DNA of 64,000 nucleotides from Dongiaceae bacterium (GCA_039808885.1 JBDHTX010000010.1:2403-66402), one strand, 5' to 3'; shown: positions 50,257 to 61,422, counted from the stretch's first letter. Notes: generated by a model not told the origin, from the sequence alone. Translations and numbers: made by a program.

Positions 50257-51529
50257 TTGGATTGGTGATCTTTTCCAGGCCATTCATGTACGGGCGCAGG
50301 GCGGCGGGAATGGCGATCGACCCGTCCGGCTGCTGATAGTTCTCCAGGATTGCGACCAGAGTGCGGCCGACCGCCAGGCCCGACCCGTTCAGGGTATGGA
50401 CGAAGCGCGTGGCCTTGTCCCCCGGCTTGCGGCAGCGCGCCTTCATCCGGCGGGCCTGGAACTCGCCGCAATTGGAGCAGCTGGAAATCTCGCGATAGGC
50501 GTTCTGGCCCGGCAGCCAGACTTCGATGTCGTAGGTCTTCTGCGCCGAGAAACCCATGTCTCCTGTACACAGGGTGATTACGCGGTATGGCAATGCCAGC
50601 CGCTTCAGCACCTCCTCGGCGCAGGCCGTCATCCGCTTGTGTTCCTCATCCGAATGGTCGGGATGGGCGATGGAGACCAGCTCGACCTTGAGGAACTGAT
50701 GCTGGCGGATCATGCCGCGCGTGTCCTTGCCGGAGGCGCCGGCCTCGGAACGGAAGCAGGGCGTCAGCGCGGTGAAGCGCTGGGGCAAGGCGGCCTCGTC
50801 GATGATCGTATCCGCGGCCAGGTTGGTGAGCGGCACTTCGGAGGTCGGGATCAGCCACAGGCCCTGGGTGGTGACGAACTGGTCCTCGGCGAATTTCGGC
50901 AGCTGGCCGGTGCCGTAGAGCGCCTGGTCGCGCACCAGGAAAGGCGGCGCCACCTCGGTATAGCCATTCTCGGTCGTATGCAGGTCGAGCATGAACTGCG
51001 CCAAGGCGCGCTCAAGCCGCGCCAGGGCACCCTTCAGGACGACGAAGCGCGCGCCGGACAGCTTGGCGGCGTCCTCGAAGCTCATCAGGCCGAGCGCCTC
51101 GCCCAGTTCGAAATGCTGCTTCGGCGTGAAGGCGAAATTGGGCTTGCCGCCGATCACCCGCTCCTCGCGGTTGCTCTTTTCGTCCAGACCCTCGGGCACG
51201 TCGGCGGCGGGCAGGTTCGGCTGGCTGGCGACCAGGGATTCCAGCGCCTCGGCCAGTTCCTTCTCCTCGGATTCCGCCGCCGCCATCTTGTCCTTCAGGC
51301 CGGCCACCTCGGCCATGACCGGACCCGCATCCTGGCCCTTGGACTTCAGCTGGCCGATCTGCTTGGAGAGGTCGTTGCGCCTGGCCTGCATCTCCTGCCA
51401 GGCGGTCTGCATGGCGCGGCGCTTGGCGTCGAGGGCGATGATCTCGGACGACAGCGGCGGCAGGCCGCGCCGGGCGCGGCCCTGGTCGAAGGCCTCGGGA
51501 TTGTCGCGAATCCACTTCACGTCGAACAT
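50249..51529 (-). CDS. serS: Seryl-tRNA synthetase
   Basis: [43 protein letters not shown]. Confidence 0.97.
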   Translation of the reverse strand: MFDVKWIRDNPEAFDQGRARRGLPPLSSEIIALDAKRRAMQTAWQEMQARRNDLSKQIGQLKSKGQDAGPVMAEVAGLKDKMAAAESEEKELAEALESLVASQPNLPAADVPEGLDEKSNREERVIGGKPNFAFTPKQHFELGEALGLMSFEDAAKLSGARFVVLKGALARLERALAQFMLDLHTTENGYTEVAPPFLVRDQALYGTGQLPKFAEDQFVTTQGLWLIPTSEVPLTNLAADTIIDEAALPQRFTALTPCFRSEAGASGKDTRGMIRQHQFLKVELVSIAHPDHSDEEHKRMTACAEEVLKRLALPYRVITLCTGDMGFSAQKTYDIEVWLPGQNAYREISSCSNCGEFQARRMKARCRKPGDKATRFVHTLNGSGLAVGRTLVAILENYQQPDGSIAIPAALRPYMNGLEKITNPNG

Positions 51530-51651
51530 TGCGGGCGCCGCCAAAACGAGTGTTAACAACGCTTTGGGTTATAGGCAGGAGAGCCGAGTCCGTAAAGCGG
51601 ACAACGGTCGCGGCGTGAGTCTGGATCGTACCCTATTGCAGCCCACTCGAT

Positions 51652-51786
51652 CGTCATCCCGGGCTTGCCCATTCTTGATACAAGAGGGGGATCCACTTGA
51701 CCGCGGCACCGACGGTGCCAGCAAACCACCGGCCCTTGCCGCGGCATGGTGGATCCCGGCGCTCGCTGCGCTCGGCCGGGATGACG
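51652..51786. repeat. REP-like palindrome, CGTCAT...GGATCCA family (copy B)
   Basis: CGTCATCCCGGGC...GGGATCCA and TGGATCCCGG...GCCGGGATGACG; preceded by ACTCGAT, as copy A is. Confidence 0.7.
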
Positions 51787-51960
51787 TGCGATTATTGTTG
51801 AAAATCAGAGTCTTGAAAATTGCGGCTAATGAACGTCATCGTCCTGCCCGCCCCAAATGTCAGCCTTGCAGGCCAAGCGCTTGCGTCCATTCGGCTTTCG
51901 CGTTAGGACCGCGCCAGATCGGGGCGGCGGATGGCCGCCCTTCCCTGTTTCAGAGATTGC

Positions 51961-53292
51961 ATGAAGACGAGCCCCAACAAGAGCGTACCCAAGGTCGGCA
52001 TCGTCAGCCTCGGCTGTCCGAAGGCGCTGGTGGATTCCGAGCGGATCCTCACCAAGCTGCGATCCGAAGGCTATGTCGTCTCCGACACCTATGACGGCGC
52101 CGACGTCGTCATCGTGAACACCTGCGGCTTCCTCAACAGCGCCAAGCAGGAATCGCTCGACGCGATCGGCGAGGCGCTGAAGGAAAACGGCAAGGTCATC
52201 GTTACCGGCTGCATGGGCGGCAACGAGCAGGCGATCCGGTCGGTGCATCCGGGCGTGCTGTCGGTCACCGGCCCGCAGCAATACGAATCCGTCGTCGCCG
52301 CCGTGCATCAGGCGGTGCCGCCGAAGCACGATCCCTATGTCGACCTGGTGCCGCCGCAGGGCCTGCGCCTGACGCCGCGGCACTACGCTTATCTTAAAAT
52401 TTCAGAGGGCTGCAACAATCGCTGCACCTTCTGCATCATCCCCAGCTTGCGCGGTGACCTGGTCAGCCGCCCGGCGCGCGACGTGCTGGTCGAGGCCGAG
52501 AACCTCGCCAAGGCGGGCGTGAAGGAACTGCTGGTGATCTCGCAGGACACCAGCGCCTATGGCGTCGACATCAAGTATGCCGAGAGCCTGTGGCGCGGCG
52601 ACCTGGTCAAGGCGCGGATGACGGAGCTGTGCCAGGCGCTCTCCCAACTCGGGATCTGGGTGCGCCTGCACTACGTCTATCCCTATCCGCATGTCGACGA
52701 GGTCATCCCGCTGATGGCGGAGGGCAAGATCCTTCCCTATCTCGACATCCCGTTCCAGCATGCCTCGCCCCGCGTGCTGAAGGCCATGCGCCGGCCGGCC
52801 AACCAGGAGAAGGTCCTGGGCCGCATCGCCAAGTGGCGCGACATCTGCCCCGACCTCACCATCCGTTCGACCTTCATCGTCGGCTTCCCCGGCGAGACCG
52901 AGGCCGAGTTCGACGAGATGCTGGACTGGCTCTACGAGGCCAAGCTCGACCGCGTCGGCTGCTTCAAATACGAGCCGGTCGAGGGTGCTGCGGCGAACTC
53001 CCTCGGCGAGCTGGTCGACGAGGACGAGAAGCAGGACCGCTACGACCGCTTCATGGAAGCCCAGCGCCAGATCAGCGAGGAGCGCATGGCGGCCAAGATC
53101 GGCCGCACCGTGCCGGTGCTGATCGACGAGGTGGACGAGGACGGCGCCACCGGCCGCTCACCCGCCGACGCGCCCGAGATCGACGGCAACGTCTATCTGG
53201 ACGGCGAGACCGGCCTGAAGCCCGGCGACATCGTCAAGGTCGAGATCGACGAGACCGACGAATACGATCTCTGGGGCACCGTCGTCCGTTAA
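51961..53292 (+). CDS. rimO: Ribosomal protein S12 methylthiotransferase
   Basis: [17 protein letters not shown], radical [12 protein letters not shown]-terminal TRAM domain. Confidence 0.96.
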   Translation: MKTSPNKSVPKVGIVSLGCPKALVDSERILTKLRSEGYVVSDTYDGADVVIVNTCGFLNSAKQESLDAIGEALKENGKVIVTGCMGGNEQAIRSVHPGVLSVTGPQQYESVVAAVHQAVPPKHDPYVDLVPPQGLRLTPRHYAYLKISEGCNNRCTFCIIPSLRGDLVSRPARDVLVEAENLAKAGVKELLVISQDTSAYGVDIKYAESLWRGDLVKARMTELCQALSQLGIWVRLHYVYPYPHVDEVIPLMAEGKILPYLDIPFQHASPRVLKAMRRPANQEKVLGRIAKWRDICPDLTIRSTFIVGFPGETEAEFDEMLDWLYEAKLDRVGCFKYEPVEGAAANSLGELVDEDEKQDRYDRFMEAQRQISEERMAAKIGRTVPVLIDEVDEDGATGRSPADAPEIDGNVYLDGETGLKPGDIVKVEIDETDEYDLWGTVVR

Positions 53293-53323
53293 GGACGCAG
53301 CTTCCCTTTCACCTGCAAGAGTC

Positions 53324-53422
53324 CGTCATCCCAGGGCTTGGCTCTGGGATCCACGAGTTTGCCTGCTACACGATTTTGCCCATTCAAACACGTGGATGGC
53401 ATGGCCAAGCCATGCCATGACG
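53324..53422. repeat. REP-like palindrome, CGTCAT...GGATCCA family (copy C)
   Basis: CGTCATCCCAGGGCTTGGCTCTGGGATCCACG and CGTGGATGGCATGGCCAAGCCATGCCATGACG. Confidence 0.75.
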
Positions 53423-53448
53423 ACTGAGTGCATGTTTAGGGTGGAGGC

Positions 53449-54285
53449 TCAGCGCGAGGTCAGCGCCGCATAGACTTCCATCAGGCGCTTGGTCACCGGG
53501 CCGATTGGCATTTCCCTGCCATCGAGACGGCGTAGCGGCACCACTTCGAGCAGCGAATTGCTGACGAACGCCTCGCCCGCCTCCCGCAGCATTTCGCGGC
53601 TCACGATCCCCTCTTCCGCCGGGATCGCCAGATCGGCGCAAAGCCGCAGGACCACGTGACGGGTGATGCCGGGCAAGGCGCCCTCTTCGATCGCCGGCGT
53701 CAGCAGGCGGCCATCCACCACGGCGAACAGATTACTGCGCGCGCCGCAGGCGACGCGCCCCTTGCCGTTCAGCAGCAGCGCCTCGTCGCCGTCCTGCCGC
53801 GCCGCCTGGCGCAAGGCCAGGATGTTGTCGAGATAGCTCAGGGTCTTCAGCCGCGCGGTCAGCGAGCCCTCGTTGCGGCAGACGCCGCTGGCGGTCACCG
53901 CGATGAAGCCATCCTGCGCGGGCTGCGGATGATAGGCGGCCGCGGTGATCATCAGGTTGGGCCGCGGATCCTCCGGCGGCAGCAACCCCCGCTGGCCGGG
54001 GCCGCGGGTCAGCGTGATGCGCATGGCCGCATCGGTTCGGTCAAGCTGGTTGGCCGCCAGGGTCTCCAGCGCCGCGCTGGCGATCGCCGGCGAATCCTCC
54101 GGCAGCGGAATGCCGAGCTCTGCGGCACCCGCGGCCAGGCGCTGCAGGTGATCCTCGAACTTGAACACATGGCCGCGATAGGCGCGCAGCGTCTCGAACA
54201 GCCCATCCGCCAGGAGCAGGCCGCGATCCGCCGGGTCGATATGCGCCTGGTCGCGGGTGACCAGGCGGCCGTTCAGCCAGATCAT
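53449..54285 (-). CDS. pabC: Class IV PLP enzyme, probable aminodeoxychorismate lyase
   Basis: DRGLLLADGLFET, KTLSY, LPGITR; coupled to pabB. Confidence 0.8.
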   Translation of the reverse strand: MIWLNGRLVTRDQAHIDPADRGLLLADGLFETLRAYRGHVFKFEDHLQRLAAGAAELGIPLPEDSPAIASAALETLAANQLDRTDAAMRITLTRGPGQRGLLPPEDPRPNLMITAAAYHPQPAQDGFIAVTASGVCRNEGSLTARLKTLSYLDNILALRQAARQDGDEALLLNGKGRVACGARSNLFAVVDGRLLTPAIEEGALPGITRHVVLRLCADLAIPAEEGIVSREMLREAGEAFVSNSLLEVVPLRRLDGREMPIGPVTKRLMEVYAALTSR

Positions 54286-55715
54286 GCCGCCGAGCCTTGC
54301 GCCGGGTGGCCGGCGGCCCCCTGGGCCAGCACCTCGATCAGGGCCTTGGCCTTGGCCAGGCTTTCCTCGTATTCCGCCTGCGGATCGGAATCGGCGACGA
54401 TGCCGCCGCCGACCTGGAAGGTGAGCTCGTTGCCCTGGATGCAATAGGTGCGGATGACGATGTTGCTGTCCATCCCGCCATCGGCGCTGAGATAGCCGAT
54501 GGCGCCGCAATAGGGCCCGCGCGCGGTCGGCTCCAGCTCCGCGATGATCTCCATGGCGCGGATTTTCGGAGCGCCGGTCACCGAGCCGCCGGGGAAGCAG
54601 GCCCGCAGCAGGTCGACGGCGTCGCGCCCGGGTCCGAGCCGGCCCGTCACCACCGAGACCAGATGATGCACGGTGGCATAGCTCTCCAGGCCGAACAGCA
54701 CCGGCGCCTTGACCGAGCCGATCTCGCAGACGCGGCTGATGTCATTGCGCAGCAGATCGACGATCATCAGATTCTCGGCGCGATCCTTGACGCTCTCCAG
54801 CAACTCGGCGGCAAGCGCGGAATCCTCGGCCGGAGTCCGGCCGCGCGGCCGCGTGCCCTTGATTGGCCGCGTCTCGACATTGCCATCCGCCAGCCTGAGG
54901 AAGCGCTCGGGCGACGAGGACAGGATCGCGGTGTCGCCGAAATCGAGATAGGCGGCGAAGGTCGCCGGATTGCGCGTGCGCAGCGCCTGATAAAGCGCCA
55001 GGCGGTCGCAACCCGCCGGCAATCTGGCGCGAAAGCGCTGGGTGATGTTGGCCTGGTAGATGTCGCCGGCCTCGATGTAGTCGATGGTCCGCCTGACCGC
55101 GGCTTTGAATTGCTCCCGGCTCAGGTCGGGTTTCGCGTCGATGCTCCAGGTGGCGGCGGGCGTCGCGCGCCGGGCCCGCAGCAGCCGTTCGCGCGCCCAG
55201 GCGATGCGCGCCGCCGCGCGATCCCGGCGGGCGGCCGCCGTGGTCTCCGGGAATCCGCTGGCCAGCAGCCAGGCACGACCGGTCACATGATCGACGGCGA
55301 GGACCAGGTCATAGACGCCAAGCATGAGATCCGGGAAATCGATGTCATGCCGGGCATGCGCCGGCACCCGCTCCACGCAATGGCGCAGCCCATAGCCGAA
55401 ATAGCCGGCGAGGCCGGTCTGGAACGGCGGCAGGTCGGCGCCGGGCTCGACGGCATAGCGCCGCGACAGTTCCGCCGCCGCGGCAAAAGGATCGTCGCCG
55501 AAATCGGCGCCGTTCAGCCGCACCCGGCCATTGGCGGCCTCCAGCCGCGCGAAGGGATCGATGCCGAGAAAGGAGTAGCGGCCGAGCTCCGCGTGGCGCA
55601 GGGCGCTGTCGAACAGCGCCAAGCCCGGGCGGTCGGCGAAGGCGCGACACCAGTCCACGGGGCAATCGGGCAGTTCCTCGGGCGCCAGCTCGGCGGCGGT
55701 CAGGGCGGACTTCAT
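54282..55715 (-). CDS. pabB: Aminodeoxychorismate synthase component I
   Basis: GDIYQAN, SSSPERF, PIKGTRPR, KDRAENLMIVDLLRND, SVTGAPKIRAM, YCGAIG. Confidence 0.92.
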   Translation of the reverse strand: MKSALTAAELAPEELPDCPVDWCRAFADRPGLALFDSALRHAELGRYSFLGIDPFARLEAANGRVRLNGADFGDDPFAAAAELSRRYAVEPGADLPPFQTGLAGYFGYGLRHCVERVPAHARHDIDFPDLMLGVYDLVLAVDHVTGRAWLLASGFPETTAAARRDRAAARIAWARERLLRARRATPAATWSIDAKPDLSREQFKAAVRRTIDYIEAGDIYQANITQRFRARLPAGCDRLALYQALRTRNPATFAAYLDFGDTAILSSSPERFLRLADGNVETRPIKGTRPRGRTPAEDSALAAELLESVKDRAENLMIVDLLRNDISRVCEIGSVKAPVLFGLESYATVHHLVSVVTGRLGPGRDAVDLLRACFPGGSVTGAPKIRAMEIIAELEPTARGPYCGAIGYLSADGGMDSNIVIRTYCIQGNELTFQVGGGIVADSDPQAEYEESLAKAKALIEVLAQGAAGHPAQGSAA

Positions 55716-55768
55716 GGCTCCGAAGCTAGCATGGGCCACCCGGCCAGTCATTCCGGGAGCGGCGGGAT

Positions 55769-57268
55769 TCAGCCCTCCGGTGTCGCTGGCCGGCCAGTGG
55801 CCGCCTGCTCATCCACCCCACGCACCAGGGCCTCGCCCAGCGCGTTCTTGACGATCAGGTCGATCTGGCGAACGACCTGCAGCGCCTCCTTCAAGCGGTT
55901 CTGCTCCAGGTCCAGCAACCGGCGCACTTCCACCTGCGACGTGGCCGGCAGGCCGTTGCCGAGGTCGGCCAACTGCTGATCCAGGATCAAACCCAGGATC
56001 ATCTCATGGGCATCTAGCAGGCAGGCCAGATCGTCCTCGCCCAGGATCCCCGCTTCCATGGCGGCGCGCCAGCGCTCGCGCGAGGATCGCGCCCGGCAGC
56101 CCAGCCGCAGGGCCAGCACCCGCGCACCGGCAACGATCGGAAACAAGCCGCCGACCTTGAGGTCGATGCGGCCCTTCTGGGTCTTGAAGCGGCCGAACCA
56201 GCCGAGCGCGTCCTTCTTCTCCGAGATCGCCTTGGCCATCAGGTTGAGGAACAGGCGCGCCGTGCGGGCGCGCATCGAGACGTCGTTCAGGGCCTCGGCC
56301 AGCGCGCCGTCGCCGCCCGCGGCGGTGAAATCATAGAAGATGTCGGCATTGAGGATCGCACGCGGCTCCGGCCGCTCGAACCAGATGGAGATGCTTTCCT
56401 GCCAGCCGGCCAGGTTGTGGCGCAGGTTGCGTTTCGACGCCATGACTCCGCCGCGGCAGAATGCCAGCCCAGCCTGGTTCAGCACGTGCGCCACGCGCTC
56501 GCCGAATTCCTGGAACCAGGGGTAGTCGTCCTCGGCGCCGCCGTGGATCAAGGAGTTGTCCTGGTCGGCGGAAAGCAGGCTCTCGCCCCGCCCCGCCGAG
56601 CCGAGCACGAGCAGGCACCACGAGGCCGGAGCCTCTCCGCGACGCTCCGCTTGCATGGACGCCGATGCCAGTTCGCCCGCGCGCGCGGTCATGTCCCGGA
56701 TGACACCGGAAATCACCGCGGCGACCTGGTATGCCGGAACGCCCTCGGCGCGCAGCGACCGCCCCAGTTCGGGCAGCCGCCCATATGCCGCCTTCAGGCC
56801 CCGCCAATCGGTCGCCTCGGCGACCATGTCGGCGATGCCGAGAGCAACCATTGCGCGCTGGCGCAGCACCGACCGCGCGTCCAGCAGGCCGGCATAGCGG
56901 CCGTCGGGCGCAACAGCCGCGAGATGACGGAACCCAAGACGGCTCATCCGCGCGATCGCCACGTAGAGAAGGGCATCGGCCCGCACCGTCGCGACCGGCG
57001 TGCTCATGATCGCGGTGATCGGCGCGGTCATCGGGGCGCCGCCGGCGGTGACCTTGCACAGCACGTCGCGCTCGGTGACGATTCCGATCGGACGGCCGTC
57101 GCCATCGAGGACAATTGTCGCGCTGGCCGGTCCGTGGACCAGCGCCTCCACGGCCGCCGCGACGCTGGCGCCGGGTTCCAGCGTGCGCGCCACGGGGTTC
57201 ATCAGCTCGCCGACCCGATGCTGGAACGGGAACGGGTCAACGCGCGTCACGGGAGCCGTCTCGGTCAT
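55769..57268 (-). CDS. CBS-pair + DUF294 nucleotidyltransferase + DUF294_C protein
   Basis: Two CBS domains (GIVTERD; RHLAAV); LGSAGRGE...DQDN nucleotidyltransferase motif; IDLKVGGLFP; no cNMP-binding domain. Confidence 0.88.
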   Translation of the reverse strand: MTETAPVTRVDPFPFQHRVGELMNPVARTLEPGASVAAAVEALVHGPASATIVLDGDGRPIGIVTERDVLCKVTAGGAPMTAPITAIMSTPVATVRADALLYVAIARMSRLGFRHLAAVAPDGRYAGLLDARSVLRQRAMVALGIADMVAEATDWRGLKAAYGRLPELGRSLRAEGVPAYQVAAVISGVIRDMTARAGELASASMQAERRGEAPASWCLLVLGSAGRGESLLSADQDNSLIHGGAEDDYPWFQEFGERVAHVLNQAGLAFCRGGVMASKRNLRHNLAGWQESISIWFERPEPRAILNADIFYDFTAAGGDGALAEALNDVSMRARTARLFLNLMAKAISEKKDALGWFGRFKTQKGRIDLKVGGLFPIVAGARVLALRLGCRARSSRERWRAAMEAGILGEDDLACLLDAHEMILGLILDQQLADLGNGLPATSQVEVRRLLDLEQNRLKEALQVVRQIDLIVKNALGEALVRGVDEQAATGRPATPEG

Positions 57269-58602
57269 GACGCGCCAATTCCCCGCACCCTGCCGCCCGC
57301 GCGGGCCAGGCGCTTGGCCGCCTCGGCCTGCAGCGCCTGCGCGCCCGCCAGGGTCGCGACCCCGCGCCCGACCAGGATCGGCACCAGGCGGGAATAGATC
57401 TCCGCCGTGGTGAGCGCGTCGCCCAGCGCGGAATGACGCCCGATCACCGGCACGTCGAAGGCGATTGCGAGGTCGTCCAGCAACAGCGATTTCGCCTCCG
57501 GAAACAGCGCGGCATAGAGCAGCATGACATCCAGGCTCGGTCCTGGCGACCAGTCGCGCCCGCATCGCCGCATCTCGCCTTGCAGCATCCGCAAATCGAA
57601 ATCGGTGTGGAAACCGATCAGGGCCAATCCGCTCGCCGCCGCCGCAACCTGCTCGGCGACGGCGGCAAAGGGCGGCGCGCCGGTGACCATGCTGTTCGAG
57701 ATGCCGTGAATGGCGATCGTGCGATTGGGGATGCTGCGGCCGGGATTGACCAGCAGGTTGAGCGTGGAAGACCGGTAGAGCCGCTCACCGTGCAGCCGGA
57801 TCGCGCCGATCGAGATGACCCGGTCGATGCGGGGATTCAAGCCAGTGGTCTCGGTATCGACAGCAAGCGCCGAGAGCTCCGAGAGGGCCGTTCCCGGCCC
57901 GGGCGTCACCGGCACGGGCGGGCGGTCGTGCAGCGACAGATCATGCTCGCCGCGCAAGGTTGCCGCCTCGGCCGCCGGATACCGCAGCAGCGCGCTGCCC
58001 TCCTGGCCGATCACCGTGACCGTCGCCGGGAAGGAGTCGGACCATATGGTGAAGAGCTCCGTATCCACCGGCCGTCCCGCGGCGCGGGCCCGGTGGATGG
58101 CCTCACCCAGGGATTGCCGCGACAGGGTTTCGAACACGCTCTTGCCGATGACCCGCTCGGCGTCGCCGAACAGCGGCCGGCCCGCCGTGTTCACCAGGCT
58201 GATCAGACCTTCCTGGGTCAGCACGGCGATGCCGTCCGGCAGCGCGTTCAGCACCTCTTCCAGGCGGCGGTACACCGTCGATTGCTGGTCCGTGCGCAGG
58301 CCGATCATGTCGATGATGGCGAGTTGGACGCGGTCCACGGCGTCGGCGTCGGGCGCGACGTCGCGGCGCGCCAGGTCCTGCTGCCCGGCCACCAGGTTGA
58401 CCCAGCCCCGCAGGGCCTCGACCCGCAGTTCCAGCTGCCGCCCTTTGCGGAGCAGCAGCAGGCCGCCGCCGCCAGCGAGGACCGCGAGGCACGCGGTCAC
58501 CAGATGCGCCGCCAGGCCCGGCGGCGCGGCGTCAAACCAGACCATGGCGGCCAACCCGCCGGCACCGAGGATTACCGCTCCAAGACCGAATTCCGTGCGC
58601 AT
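57265..58602 (-). CDS. Membrane-anchored 2TM-PAS-DEDDh (DnaQ-like) 3'-5' exonuclease-fold protein
   Basis: Two hydrophobic helices; PAS LNALPDGIAVL; VDTETTGL, HTDFD, HSALGDA. Confidence 0.85.
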   Translation of the reverse strand: MRTEFGLGAVILGAGGLAAMVWFDAAPPGLAAHLVTACLAVLAGGGGLLLLRKGRQLELRVEALRGWVNLVAGQQDLARRDVAPDADAVDRVQLAIIDMIGLRTDQQSTVYRRLEEVLNALPDGIAVLTQEGLISLVNTAGRPLFGDAERVIGKSVFETLSRQSLGEAIHRARAAGRPVDTELFTIWSDSFPATVTVIGQEGSALLRYPAAEAATLRGEHDLSLHDRPPVPVTPGPGTALSELSALAVDTETTGLNPRIDRVISIGAIRLHGERLYRSSTLNLLVNPGRSIPNRTIAIHGISNSMVTGAPPFAAVAEQVAAAASGLALIGFHTDFDLRMLQGEMRRCGRDWSPGPSLDVMLLYAALFPEAKSLLLDDLAIAFDVPVIGRHSALGDALTTAEIYSRLVPILVGRGVATLAGAQALQAEAAKRLARAGGRVRGIGAS

Positions 58603-58700
58603 TCACCCTGCCCCGCCGGCGCCCACAGGAGCCCTTCGACCAGCTTCACAGCTTAAGGCTAGCCCTCCGGCAAGGGAATTCCATTGCCCAGAATGCCGCG

Positions 58701-58726
58701 CCGGGACCTTGCCCGGGACCTTGCCC
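58701..58726. repeat. Exact 12-bp tandem duplication in a divergent promoter region
   Basis: CCGGGACCTTGC twice (58701-58724). Confidence 0.8.
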
Positions 58727-58839
58727 AAGACCCGCCCGGCCCGTCGGTCTTTGCTGTTGCCAGCCATTTCGAAGGGTTGAATGATGCCCTGACGGGCGCG
58801 CCGAAGCGCGAATCCGGTGCGGCAGGGCAAGGTCCGGCG

Positions 58840-61419
58840 ATGGCGGTTTCTCAGGTCGAATCACGCGAACAGGGCTGGAGCGACGCCCTTCAGCCGGCGG
58901 CGTTGCGGCAGGCGGTCCTGATCGCCGGCGGCTATTTCCTGTGCTTCTGGATCGGCTATTCCTTTGCCGCCGACCACAACATTTCCGTGGTCTGGCCGCC
59001 CAGCGGCTTCGCCCTGGCGATGGTCTACCGGTTCGGCGTCCGCGCCGTCGCCCCCATCTGGATCGCCGATGCGCTGGCGCAACTGATCTTGATCGGCGCG
59101 CCGTTCCTGCCCTCGGTCCTGCTTCCCGCCCGCGCCGTCGCCGAACCGCTGATCGCCGTCCTTCTGCTGCGCCTCGTCGGCTTCGACCAGCGGCTGCGGC
59201 GGCCGCGCGACATCGCCGCCATGGTCCTGGTGGGAGCGCCGATCAGCACGCTGCTCAATGCGCTGGCCACGCTCTACATTTCCTGCGTGCAAGGCGCCGT
59301 CCCATGGGCGGATTACTGGCATCACGTCCTGATCTATTGGGCCGGCAACGCCGGGGGCATCCTCACGCTGGCGCCGGGCCTGCTCATCATCTTCGATCGC
59401 GATGCCGCCTCGGGCAACGTGCAACACTGGATCGAGGCCCTGGCCTTGTGCCTGCTGGCCTCCTTCGTGCTGCAGATCCCGCTGATGCTGCCGGACGTGC
59501 CGGAAGGTCCGACCGCGGTCTATTTCATCTTCCCGATGGTGGCGTGGATTGCGATGCGGGTGCCGCGACGCGTCGCCGTCACGGTGACGCTCGGAATCTC
59601 GGCAGCGATCCTGCTGACGCTCCAGCTCGCCGCCGACCATCCGCTGGGCGGGCTGTCGCTGATGGACGCGCCGGTCGGCATCCAGAGCTTCATCGCCTGC
59701 CTCAACCTGACCTGCCTGCTGCTGGCGGCGCTCAACCTGGAAAAGACCGAGATCGCCGCCCGGCTGCGCGAGAACGAGCAATTCCTCCGCCTTGCCATCC
59801 TGGGCAGCAATGACGGCATCTGGGACTGGCACCCGCGGGAACAGAGACTCTGGCTGTCGCCGCGCTGGAAGGCTCAGCTCGGCTATGGGCCCGATGAACT
59901 GCCGGATACGCCCGCCACCTGGTCGGCCCTGGTCCACCCGGAGGATCGTGAGCGGGTCGCCCAGCGGTTCAGCGACTTCCTGGAGGACCGCAGCGAATCC
60001 TTCGAGCAGGTCCAGCGCTTCCGGCACAAGCTGGGCCATGACGTCCACATCCTGACCCGCGGCATCAAGATGATCGCGGATGACGGCACGGTCATCCGCG
60101 TCGTCGGCGTGCATACCGACGTGACCGAACTGGTCAACGTGCAGGACGAGTTGCGCCACCAGGCGGCCTCGCTCGCCAGCCTTGCCCGCGGCCTGGAGGA
60201 GCAGCGGCGCGCGGCCGACGCGGCCAGCGCCGCCAAGTCACAGTTCCTCGCCACCATGAGCCACGAGATCCGCACGCCGATGAACGGCATCATCGGCATG
60301 CTGTCGCTGATGCTGGATTCGCCGCTGGACCGGGAACAGCGCCGCTGGACCACCAGCGCGCTCGATTCTGCCGAGACCCTGCTCACCATCATCAACGACA
60401 TCCTCGACCTGTCCAAGCTCGACGCCGGCAAGACCGAGGTGGAGTCGCTCGATTTCGACGCCACCGCGCTGATCGACGGTGTCGTCGCGCTGCTGCAGGT
60501 CCGCGCCAACGCCAAGGGCATCGCGCTGCACACGCAGATCGCCGACAACATGCCGGCGCGGCTGCGCTCCGATCCCACGCGGCTGCGCCAGATCCTGTTC
60601 AACCTCGTCGGCAACGCTGTCAAGTTCACCAAGACCGGCGGCGTGCTGGTGCGCGCCGCGGTCGAATCCGTCCACGACGACACCTGCGAACTGCGCGTCG
60701 AGGTCGTCGACACCGGCATCGGCGTTGCTCCCGACCAGCTGCCCAATCTGTTCGAGCCGTTTCACCAGGCCGAGACCGGCATGACGCGACGCTACGGCGG
60801 CACCGGGCTCGGCCTCGCCATCGTGCGCCGCCTGATTCACCTGCTGGGCGGCAGCGTCACCGTGCGCAGCGAGATCGGCATCGGCAGCACCTTCACGATC
60901 CTGCTGCCCTGCCTGATCGCCGTCGCATCCCGCGGCCCGGCGCGGGACGTCGGCACCGGGCCGCTGCCGCGGCACGCCAAGGAGACCCGCATCCTGATCG
61001 CCGAGGACAATGCCATCAACCGCGAGCTGGCAACCCAGATGCTGGCGCGGCTCGGCCTGACGGGGACCACCGTCAACAACGGTCGGGAAGCCGTTGCCGC
61101 CGCGTCCGCAGGCCTTTTCGACATTATCCTGATGGACATTCAGATGCCGGAGATGGACGGCCTGGCGGCCGCCGCCGCAATCCGCAAGCTGCCCGGCCTC
61201 CTGGGCCGGGTGCCGATCGTCGCGGTCACCGCGAATGCCATGGTCGGCGACCGGGAACGTTACCTGGCGGCCGGATTCGACGACTACCTGGCGAAGCCGC
61301 TGCGTCTCGAGCAGCTCTCCGAGATCATCCTGCGTTGGACCGGAGAGCTGCCGCCATCCCGGTCGACGGGTACCGGCCGTGATGGCGACGCCGTCCCGAC
61401 CGATTCCGGAGAGCGGTGA
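58840..61419 (+). CDS. Hybrid histidine kinase MASE1-PAS-HisKA-HATPase-REC (start uncertain)
   Basis: MASE1-like N-terminus VVWPPSG; [11 protein letters not shown]; [11 protein letters not shown]; [10 protein letters not shown]; GGTGLGL; ILMDIQMP; no HPt. Confidence 0.9.
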   Translation: MAVSQVESREQGWSDALQPAALRQAVLIAGGYFLCFWIGYSFAADHNISVVWPPSGFALAMVYRFGVRAVAPIWIADALAQLILIGAPFLPSVLLPARAVAEPLIAVLLLRLVGFDQRLRRPRDIAAMVLVGAPISTLLNALATLYISCVQGAVPWADYWHHVLIYWAGNAGGILTLAPGLLIIFDRDAASGNVQHWIEALALCLLASFVLQIPLMLPDVPEGPTAVYFIFPMVAWIAMRVPRRVAVTVTLGISAAILLTLQLAADHPLGGLSLMDAPVGIQSFIACLNLTCLLLAALNLEKTEIAARLRENEQFLRLAILGSNDGIWDWHPREQRLWLSPRWKAQLGYGPDELPDTPATWSALVHPEDRERVAQRFSDFLEDRSESFEQVQRFRHKLGHDVHILTRGIKMIADDGTVIRVVGVHTDVTELVNVQDELRHQAASLASLARGLEEQRRAADAASAAKSQFLATMSHEIRTPMNGIIGMLSLMLDSPLDREQRRWTTSALDSAETLLTIINDILDLSKLDAGKTEVESLDFDATALIDGVVALLQVRANAKGIALHTQIADNMPARLRSDPTRLRQILFNLVGNAVKFTKTGGVLVRAAVESVHDDTCELRVEVVDTGIGVAPDQLPNLFEPFHQAETGMTRRYGGTGLGLAIVRRLIHLLGGSVTVRSEIGIGSTFTILLPCLIAVASRGPARDVGTGPLPRHAKETRILIAEDNAINRELATQMLARLGLTGTTVNNGREAVAAASAGLFDIILMDIQMPEMDGLAAAAAIRKLPGLLGRVPIVAVTANAMVGDRERYLAAGFDDYLAKPLRLEQLSEIILRWTGELPPSRSTGTGRDGDAVPTDSGER

Positions 61420-61422
61420 CCG

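Noticed and set aside
57265-58602. Annotation as DNA polymerase III epsilon (dnaQ)
   Set aside because: TM and PAS fusion, no alpha-binding C-terminal tail, and coupling to DUF294 argue against a replisome role
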